A DNA stretch of 64,000 nucleotides. It comes from Bacteroidaceae bacterium (lineage in GTDB: Bacteria; Bacteroidota; Bacteroidia; Bacteroidales; Bacteroidaceae). The notes beneath the pieces are model-generated. The model made no database searches, was not told the origin of the DNA, and saw only the letters and a program-made list of their open reading frames with translations. Within the stretch, counting starts at the first letter, position 1. Every line of letters begins with the position of its first letter. This document shows, piece by piece, positions 1 to 6,470 of this stretch. The DNA lies in contig JAFSZU010000028.1 of the NCBI GenBank assembly GCA_017455585.1, positions 3,220 through 67,219 of the forward strand, written 5' to 3'. Both the position numbers and the translations under genes were made by a program.

Positions 1-481
1 CTTCCATAATCTCACGCCAACGCTTCATTTCTTCCGTTTCCTCAACGTTGAAACTCAATTCGTACTTTCCGTCAGGATTCCAGTTGAACGGCTTCATTCT
101 TGGTGCGACATCTGCCGTCAGTGAGTTTACTCTTTTGATGTTGGAACTTATCGGCTGGCCGTTCAAAGTCACGCTGATTCCCATCACTTCTTTCCTCTGC
201 CCGTTGACGCTGGAGTAACGGAACTGATTCGTGATGCGTTTCTTCTCCTTGTCATACACGCCCCAATACTTCTTTGAGAATGCTAAGACAGACTTACGCA
301 AAAACCATCCTGCTATCCAATAGGCTTTGTCTGTATTCTGTTCGTCCTTGCCGTACACTACAGACTTTGGTACGTTGGCCACGTTACCTTTCACGTCCTT
401 TGCCTTGTAGCACTTCTCTGAAATGTCCGTCAGCGTACACGCCACGCTGTAAACTCGGACTATCTTTGTTTCGCTTTTCAT
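1..481 (-). CDS. hypothetical protein, 3'-truncated by window edge (AT-richer island)
   Basis: Manual reverse translation from the ATG at 481-479 (MKSETKIVRVYSVACTLTDISEKCYKAKDVKG...) stays open for 160 codons down to position 1. It is absent from the supplied track because it has no stop in the window. A TAACTTTG box lies at 523-530. No family recognised. Confidence 0.5.
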   Translation of the reverse strand, partial: MKSETKIVRVYSVACTLTDISEKCYKAKDVKGNVANVPKSVVYGKDEQNTDKAYWIAGWFLRKSVLAFSKKYWGVYDKEKKRITNQFRYSSVNGQRKEVMGISVTLNGQPISSNIKRVNSLTADVAPRMKPFNWNPDGKYELSFNVEETEEMKRWREIME

Positions 482-522
482 ACGTTCTTCGTTTACGCCA
501 TTATAAACGATGCTTCCAAGTT

Positions 523-530
523 CAAAGTTA
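523..530 (-). promoter_or_regulatory. Bacteroidota -7 box (TAACTTTG)
   Basis: TAnnTTTG match 42 nt upstream of ATG 481. Confidence 0.4.
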
Positions 531-770
531 GAAACGAAAATAACAGAGCGGAACTTGAAGCCTATTGTCTAATCAGGGTGCGTTTCACGATGACTCCGTA
601 CGCAATACCCCTATCGGTACGGAACCATCCTTTGAAGATAATAATTTCGGTGTACACGGAAACTGATTTGGCTTCATTGTTCTGCTTTGTTATTTTCGTT
701 TTCACTGCTAATAACAGGTAACAACGCCAAACCTCGGAATTTTGCTACACTCTTAACACTAATTAAGAGC

Positions 771-811
771 AAAAGAAAACCGCCTACTACTTTCACAAGC
801 AATAGGCGGTT
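771..811 (-). terminator. putative intrinsic terminator (minus strand) in AT-rich island
   Basis: On the minus strand: AACCGCCTA-N15-TAGGCGGTT followed by TTTTCTTTT. Confidence 0.4.
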
Positions 812-914
812 GGAACCAGTTGAATACACAACTTACGTCCATATACTCTCGTGTTTATATAATCTTGTGCAATAATTCTCCTTGTTTCTCGTTATTATAA
901 CAAACAACTCTCGT

Positions 915-1121
915 ATGCCAACAATTGAAGAAATATTGAAACTTGAATACGTTGTCATTGAGACTGGCGACCACGCTGGTCGGATTCTCAGTGTTCACAA
1001 CGTATCAAGCAACAATAACTTCATGGATTGTAAAGATAGCAATGGAAATCGTTTTAGTATCGCAGTTGACAATGTCAGACTTGCAACGCAAGATGAAATC
1101 TTAATGTTTCTGCGCTTGTAA
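915..1121 (+). CDS. hypothetical small protein (68 aa)
   Basis: ORF 882-1121 re-started at the first ATG (MPTIEEILKLEYVVIETGDHAGR...). AT-rich island. No recognisable family. Its 3' end overlaps the convergent ORF 1101-1349. Confidence 0.3.
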   Translation: MPTIEEILKLEYVVIETGDHAGRILSVHNVSSNNNFMDCKDSNGNRFSIAVDNVRLATQDEILMFLRL

Positions 1122-1349
1122 GTTTTCTAAAGCCTCTTTCACTGGTATCATAGGTTGTATCGTGTGCAACCACTTTGCTACCTCATCGGTGTACACGTTT
1201 GCTCTTTCGCACCACTCCGCTGTAACACGATGGTCTGATAACGTCAATCCTAATGCTTCTGCTACCTCTTCCAACTCTTTCTTAACCTCATCTATGTTGT
1301 CGTGACGGCGGCGTAGTTTGCCGTCAGTATCTAAAAACCATTTGGCCAT
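1101..1349 (-). CDS. hypothetical small protein (82 aa)
   Basis: ATG-initiated ORF MAKWFLDTDGKLRRRHDNIDEVKKELEEVAEALG... in the AT-rich island. No family recognised. Confidence 0.4.
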   Translation of the reverse strand: MAKWFLDTDGKLRRRHDNIDEVKKELEEVAEALGLTLSDHRVTAEWCERANVYTDEVAKWLHTIQPMIPVKEALENLQAQKH

Positions 1350-1423
1350 ACTTTTCTGTGTTTATTATTGTAACCTCGTTATGATATGGTCGCCTACAAC
1401 GACTTGCGTGAGATATAACTTTG

Positions 1424-1669
1424 TTAGTTGCCGAATACGCGTGACTGACATCTTGATTTGTTAAGTGCAAGATGTAGCGGATGTCCCTTGAAGTAATCCA
1501 CGAAGCCCTTCTCGCGTAGCACCTTCAGATAGGTGGCCACGGTGGTATAGGCGGGCTTAGGCTGCTCCCAACGCTCCAGAATGTCCCAGGCGCAGGCGGC
1601 ATGGCCCAAGTCCCAGAGTATCGTCATCACCTGGAACTCCGTTTTGGTCAGTGTCTGTTTATTCTTCAT
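1424..1669 (-). pseudogene. BlaI/MecI/CopY-family winged-helix repressor, 3'-truncated remnant
   Basis: The first ~63 aa (MKNKQTLTKTEFQVMTILWDLG..AWDILERWEQPKPAYTTVATYLKVLREKGFVDY) match the BlaI N-terminal DNA-binding domain. The sequence then diverges and stops at 81 aa, against about 120 aa expected. The divergence point (~1470-1480) coincides with the GC shift. There is no BlaR/M56 partner downstream. Confidence 0.6.
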
Positions 1670-1854
1670 CGTTATTGGGGTTTTCTCGGTGCAAAGGAAG
1701 AGGGAAAAAGTGAATCTCGCAATATTCCGATATACCTTTCTACGCCGCCACGCCCCTTTTTAACCTTTATTCTTAGAAATGCAACAACTATTTGCAATCA
1801 AAAGGTTGAAAGACGGGAGCACAAAGGATTACTGGCAAAAACATTGGACATAAT

Positions 1855-1890
1855 TGAAAACCCCGCCGCGCCGTCACGGCGAAGCGGGGG
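1855..1890 (-). terminator. intrinsic terminator after receptor-1 gene
   Basis: CCCCGCCGCGCCG-TCA-CGGCGAAGCGGGG hairpin followed on the minus strand by TTTTCAATT. Confidence 0.55.
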
Positions 1891-1933
1891 CCAGTGTACC
1901 TATAGGTTTTCGTTTACTAACTGCTTTATGGGG

Positions 1934-2001
1934 ATTATAAGGTTTTTAGGTTATAAGGTTTTTAGGTTATAAGGTTTATAGGTTATCAGGTTTTTAAGGT
2001 T
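1934..2001. repeat. AT-rich tandem repeat (AGGTTTTTAGGTTATA, ~16 bp x4) overlapping stop of receptor-1
   Basis: attataaggtttttaggttataaggtttttaggttataaggtttataggttatcaggtttttaaggtt. Confidence 0.8.
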
Positions 2002-5000
2002 CCTCGCCGCGGGCTCGTTTCCGTTCGCTCTTGCGCATGGGCTGGCGATTGAGACGCCACACGGCATGGAAGAGGACGTAGCGGGGCGGGACATTGGTGT
2101 ATGTCTCGATGCGGCCTTGGGCGTTGAGGATGTTGGTGGTGCTGCGCAGCTGGCCGAGGATGTCGAAGCCGTCGAGCATCACGACGAGGTTGCCCTTGAA
2201 GAAGGGACGTGCAAGGCGGGCTTTCCACATCCAGTCGGTGGTGTTCATCGAGGCATCGGCATAGCCGCGGCGGGCATAGAGCGTCAGGTCGGTCGAAAGT
2301 TGCAGCTTCCACGGCAGGTTCAGCAGGACGGAGAAGGTGGTCTTGTAGTCGGCCACATGGAAGTCCGTGAAGTCCGTGCGCGGGCTGTGAAGCCACTGCC
2401 ACTTGGGCTCGCAGTCCAGCTTTAGGTTGCCCAGGTCGCCGAGGCTGTACCTGGCAATCAGCAGCGGGCTTAGGGTGGTGGTGCTGACGGTGCTGCGTTG
2501 CAGTTGTGTCGTACCCGTCAGATCTACACTGTGACGGTAGCCAACGGAAGGCACAACGTAGATGCGCAGTCGGCCTCGCTTGTCGAGCGGCAGGTTACCG
2601 ATGCCATAGCCTCCGATGAATTCCCAGTTACCATTGATGCTGTAGGGCTTGTAGGTTCGGACACCTGTCTCGGGGTTGTAAAGCTGGCTCATGACCGTGG
2701 CGTTCTGCGTCAGGACGAAGTCTATGCCGCCCGTAAGCTTTATCTGCTTATTCTTGTAGTTCTTCTGATGATGCACCTGCATGCTGTGGCGGTAGATATT
2801 GTGCAGGTCGGAGTTGCCTTCGGTGATGTTCAGCGGGTCGGTGGCGTCACGGATGTTGACGTAGTTGAGCATCGAGGGGGCGTCGGCCTTCAGGCGATAG
2901 GCGATGAAGAGGGCGTTGCCGTTGTCCCAGCGTCCCTCGGCATAGCTCCAGTCGGTGTCGAGGAGGACGGTGCGGTGCGTGATGAGCGTATCGACCTGTC
3001 CGCGCTGGTAGTGCAATGTGCGGTTGAGCAGACTTATAGGTAGGCGCTGGCTGATGCTCCAACTACCGTTCTTCATCTTGGGGAACCACCAGAGGAAGGG
3101 TCGCAGGGAGTAGTAATGCTCGGTCAGACGGTAGCTGTAGCTGTTGGCGGCGTCCATGGTCCGCTCATACTCGGCCACGGAGGGCAGCACTCCAACATCC
3201 AGTGTGTCCGTGCGCTCCATTCGGTCTAAGAGGAAGAGCGAGGATTCCCGCTGCGTGTTGCGGTATTCGTAGCTGAGGTGGGTTTCCAAGGAGAGGTTGC
3301 GGCGGATGGTCCAATGGTACATGCCCTGTACCCACAACTTGCCATAGCGGTCAGGGTGGTCGCGGAAGTACTGGTCGCCATAAAATGGCGACCCACCTGA
3401 CACTCGCTGGCGGTTGAAGCGGTCGTCGGCTTTCACGTCGTAGCAGGCATCGGTTTCGAATTCGAAGTAGTCGCTGGTGCCGTCCAGCTTGATGGCTGTG
3501 AAGGTCGAGAGGTTGGGATGCAGGGAATAACCGCTCCGCGAACCCTGTTGTTGGTTGGTATTGATGAGGGAGTCGCCGGCATTCCATGCTTGAGACTGGA
3601 AGGACGAACGGTTGTCCCATCGATGATAGTCAAAGCTGGGTCTGATGCGGAGCTGCACCTTCGGGAAGTTATACTGGAACTGGTTCCATGTGCTCACAGA
3701 GAGTGACTTGTCCTCCGCCACCGAGCGGCTATGCTCGCGGGTGTCGCCGCCGGGCAGGTAGTTCACGCGCTCCGTGACGGTTGTCACATCATTCGTCGTG
3801 TGCTCGGCGCGGACATTGCCCTCCAGCTTCCATTTCTTGTCGCGATCCTCAGTGAAATAGTCGATGCCGCCCTGTTGTCGCGTCTGCTGTCCCGGACTCA
3901 CGCCCATCCTGTAGCCACCGCTTTCACCCGGTCGCTCGCCGTCGTTCAGGTTGTTGACATTGAAGTAGGCCGCAAGCCGCGAGTGGTCCGAGAAACGCAT
4001 GGCCAAGAGGCGGGCGAGGTAACGAAGACCCTCTCCCCGCTCCACCTTTAGGGGGAGAGCCTCGATACGCTCTTTTGCTGTGCGCAGCCACTCCTCTCCC
4101 ACACGGGAGGGGTTGGGGGTGGGTCTGCCCATACCTCCTTCCACATTCACCAGCCATCCGATGCTATATTCCCTCTTCAGCTTCACGTCCATCACATACT
4201 GCTTGTCGTTCTCCAACTGCTGTCCGAGGAACTCGCTCTTGTCTCCATACTTGTCATAAATCTCTACCTGCTTCACCGTATAGGCTGGCAGGTTCTCAAG
4301 CATCACGCGGTTGTCACCACGGAAGAAGTCTTTGCCATTGAGCAGCAGGGCCTCCACGCGCTTGCCGTTGACGGTGATTTCGCCACCGTCCTTCAACTCC
4401 ACGCCCGGCAGCTGCTTCACCAGCGCATCGAGCATGGAACCCTCTGCCAACTGGAAGGCATCGGCGTTATAGACCACTGTGTCGCCACGATAGTAGAACA
4501 TCACCTTCGAGGCGGTGACAGTCACTTCACGCATCGTATGACGTACAGTCTTGTGCATCAGGACGGGTGGCAGTTCGCGCACGAACTCCCGTCTGCCCAC
4601 GTTGCTGAGGTTATAATCCACGTAGGTGGTGTCGTGCCCCTCGAAGGATGCCCGCAGGATGTAAGCCTCCTGACGGTGAGGCACTTCGAAATAGAAGTCC
4701 GATGTGTAGCCGCTATGATCCATATTCATCCAAAACGACTTGGCTTCACGTGTACTGAGCACGGTGCTGTCTCGTGTCATCAACGTTACCACAGCCCCTG
4801 GCAGGTCGTTGCGCGTCATGTTGTCTAATACCTTGCCGTGGATGCTCATCATCTCCTTGTCCTGCTTGCGCTGTACAAAAATTTGACGAAGAGCCTTCTT
4901 CACTTTCACCTTCACGGGTAGGCTCTTCGTCAGCCGCTCCACGGCATCAGGAACGTCTTCTTCCGCTACCGACTCCAACGTGACAGCAGCTTCCAATCCC

Positions 5001-5176
5001 AGCAGTTCATCCGTCACGAAAGTGATGGTCCACTCCTCCTGCTGCTCGTTGAGGCGGGCGAGGGCTTGGGAAAGTGAGAGATGACCCTCCCCCGAAAAGG
5101 GAGCGGTTACCTGTGCTGATATGGGGAATAAGGCCACGCACGCGTATATAATAATAAGGTATAGCAGTCGTTTCAT
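1994..5176 (-). CDS. outer-membrane beta-barrel receptor (TonB-dependent-receptor-like, cell-surface-signalling partner of ECF module 1)
   Basis: 1060-aa ORF. Signal peptide MKRLLYLIIIYACVALFPISAQ. N-terminal STN-like segment, then a CarboxypepD_reg-like segment (IHGKVLDNMTRNDLPGAVVTLM). Plug-like VTVTASKVMFYYRGDTVVYNADAFQLAEGSMLDALVKQLPGVEL, followed by a long barrel. It overlaps the anti-sigma gene by 4 bp. Paralogue of 6471-9716. Confidence 0.75.
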   Translation of the reverse strand: MKRLLYLIIIYACVALFPISAQVTAPFSGEGHLSLSQALARLNEQQEEWTITFVTDELLGLEAAVTLESVAEEDVPDAVERLTKSLPVKVKVKKALRQIFVQRKQDKEMMSIHGKVLDNMTRNDLPGAVVTLMTRDSTVLSTREAKSFWMNMDHSGYTSDFYFEVPHRQEAYILRASFEGHDTTYVDYNLSNVGRREFVRELPPVLMHKTVRHTMREVTVTASKVMFYYRGDTVVYNADAFQLAEGSMLDALVKQLPGVELKDGGEITVNGKRVEALLLNGKDFFRGDNRVMLENLPAYTVKQVEIYDKYGDKSEFLGQQLENDKQYVMDVKLKREYSIGWLVNVEGGMGRPTPNPSRVGEEWLRTAKERIEALPLKVERGEGLRYLARLLAMRFSDHSRLAAYFNVNNLNDGERPGESGGYRMGVSPGQQTRQQGGIDYFTEDRDKKWKLEGNVRAEHTTNDVTTVTERVNYLPGGDTREHSRSVAEDKSLSVSTWNQFQYNFPKVQLRIRPSFDYHRWDNRSSFQSQAWNAGDSLINTNQQQGSRSGYSLHPNLSTFTAIKLDGTSDYFEFETDACYDVKADDRFNRQRVSGGSPFYGDQYFRDHPDRYGKLWVQGMYHWTIRRNLSLETHLSYEYRNTQRESSLFLLDRMERTDTLDVGVLPSVAEYERTMDAANSYSYRLTEHYYSLRPFLWWFPKMKNGSWSISQRLPISLLNRTLHYQRGQVDTLITHRTVLLDTDWSYAEGRWDNGNALFIAYRLKADAPSMLNYVNIRDATDPLNITEGNSDLHNIYRHSMQVHHQKNYKNKQIKLTGGIDFVLTQNATVMSQLYNPETGVRTYKPYSINGNWEFIGGYGIGNLPLDKRGRLRIYVVPSVGYRHSVDLTGTTQLQRSTVSTTTLSPLLIARYSLGDLGNLKLDCEPKWQWLHSPRTDFTDFHVADYKTTFSVLLNLPWKLQLSTDLTLYARRGYADASMNTTDWMWKARLARPFFKGNLVVMLDGFDILGQLRSTTNILNAQGRIETYTNVPPRYVLFHAVWRLNRQPMRKSERKRARGEEP
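4026..4126. repeat. GC-rich hairpin element, double-ended copy, inside receptor-1 CDS
   Basis: AGACCCTCTCCCCGCTCCACCTTTAGGGGGAGAG ... TGCGCAGCCACTCCTCTCCCACACGGGAGGGGTTGGGGGTGGGTCT. Inverted AGACCC/GGGTCT termini and two hairpins. Confidence 0.75.
5083..5111. repeat. GC-rich hairpin element (short variant) in receptor-1 N-terminus
   Basis: GACCCTCCCCCGAAAAGGGAGCGGTTACC. Encodes ..APFSGEGH.. just after the signal peptide. Confidence 0.5.
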
Positions 5177-5793
5177 TGCGCGCCTCCTTTCTGCACAAAG
5201 ATGGTATCTCGCAGCTCTGTCAGTTGCAGCCCATCCAGCTCATTGAGGCTTTCGATGAACACTGCCAGGCTGTCCTCTTGGTTCCACTTGGTGTGAATAC
5301 GGAGTCCTTTCAGTTGCTCATTACCGAAGGACACGGCTTTGCCATAATGCTGGCTCACAATCGCCAGCATGGAGTCCAAGCGGACATCGGCAAAAAGGAT
5401 GGGTGTCCCCCGTAGCCCCCCGGCGGGGGGCGCTTGAAGGCTGCCAACCTTTTCATCCTCCGCCGGGGGATTATAGGGGGCCAGGATTTGTATGCTTGCC
5501 CACACCAACCCACCGAGGAAGACGGCAGCGAGGAAGACGGCGGCAATCTTGCGATAGAAGACCCATCCCGCCCTTCGGGCACCTCTCCCGTGATAGAGGG
5601 GAGTGGCTGCGCACAGTTTCTCCCCATTGATGACTTCCTCCTTCACCAGCATCAGGATAGCATGGCGGTCGGTGGCGAGTTCGTCGGTGCAGTCATCGGC
5701 GAGGAGGTAGCTGACGAGGCGGCGCTCTTCATCGGCCGTCGTCTCGCCGCGGAAGAAACGGTCGCGGAGTATCAAGGCATCATTCTCTTTCAT
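5173..5793 (-). CDS. anti-sigma factor (single TM, FecR_C/DUF4974-like periplasmic domain), module 1
   Basis: Lies between the ECF sigma and receptor genes. TM helix IAAVFLAAVFLGGLVWASIQIL. C-terminal FADVRLDSMLAIVSQHYGKAVSF..IHTKWNQEDSLAVFIESLNELDGLQL resembles the FecR C-terminal domain. Confidence 0.65.
   Translation of the reverse strand: MKENDALILRDRFFRGETTADEERRLVSYLLADDCTDELATDRHAILMLVKEEVINGEKLCAATPLYHGRGARRAGWVFYRKIAAVFLAAVFLGGLVWASIQILAPYNPPAEDEKVGSLQAPPAGGLRGTPILFADVRLDSMLAIVSQHYGKAVSFGNEQLKGLRIHTKWNQEDSLAVFIESLNELDGLQLTELRDTIFVQKGGAQ
5559..5616. repeat. GC-rich hairpin element inside anti-sigma-1 CDS
   Basis: AGACCCATCCCGCCCTTCGGGCACCTCTCCCGTGATAGAGGGGAGTGGCTGCGCACAG. Confidence 0.75.
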
Positions 5794-5805
5794 AGTTGTA
5801 TGGAG

Positions 5806-6315
5806 TTAAGGATTGTCTGGATGTTCATGGAAATAGGAACGTAGTTGCTGGCGGGCGCGGGTGAGGATGGAGCGTGTGTTGGCAGGCGTCTCGCCCAGGA
5901 CGAGGGCGATGTCACGGGTCGTCATGTCGTCGAAGTACTGCATCGTGATGGCACTGCGTGCCTTGGGCTTCAGCGTGGCGAGTGCGAGGCGCAAGCGGCG
6001 CAGGTCGGCGTGCAGCTGTTCGCGCAGTTCCGTGTCCAGCTCGTCGGAGAGGCCATAGACCTCGCTTTCCTCAAGAGATACTGTTTCAGGGTGGCGGCTG
6101 CGCAACAGGTTCAGGCAGTGGTTCCTCAACGTCAGCAGGAAGAAACCCTCGGGCGACACCATGTCATCCAGCCGCTCACCTTGTCGCCACAGTCGCAGGA
6201 AAGTCTCCTGCACGGCGTCCTCGGCCTCCTGCCAATTGCCCAGCAGTGCCAGCGCCGTGCGCATTAGTCGCGTCCGCAGCGGCCAGTATTGTCGTTCAAA
6301 TTCGAGTTGGTTCAT
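5806..6315 (-). CDS. ECF (sigma-70 family) RNA polymerase sigma factor, module 1
   Basis: 169 aa. Region 2 EDAVQETFLRLWRQ..FFLLTLRNHCLNLLR. Region 4 HTH MTTRDIALVLGETPANTRSILTRARQQLR. Confidence 0.85.
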   Translation of the reverse strand: MNQLEFERQYWPLRTRLMRTALALLGNWQEAEDAVQETFLRLWRQGERLDDMVSPEGFFLLTLRNHCLNLLRSRHPETVSLEESEVYGLSDELDTELREQLHADLRRLRLALATLKPKARSAITMQYFDDMTTRDIALVLGETPANTRSILTRARQQLRSYFHEHPDNP

Positions 6316-6383
6316 TGTCTTGTTGTGATGCGTCTCTATTTATAGAACACATGAACCCCAGAAATGTTGCAAGAAGGATGTAG

Positions 6384-6422
6384 AAAAAAACGCCCCGCCA
6401 CGTCTCACGACGCAGCGGGGCG
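6384..6422 (-). terminator. intrinsic terminator after receptor-2 gene
   Basis: Minus strand: CGCCCCGCTGCGTCGTGAGACGTGGCGGGGCG followed by TTTTTTT. Confidence 0.7.
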
Positions 6423-6470
6423 ATGTGCCTATAGGTCTTGATTGTTTACTAACTACTTTATGGAAATCGA

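Noticed and set aside
274-531. 85-aa plus-strand ORF at the left edge.
   Set aside because: It is antisense to the longer open minus-strand frame (1-481), which has an ATG and an upstream promoter box. Its composition is Arg/Leu/Cys/Ser-rich and noise-like.
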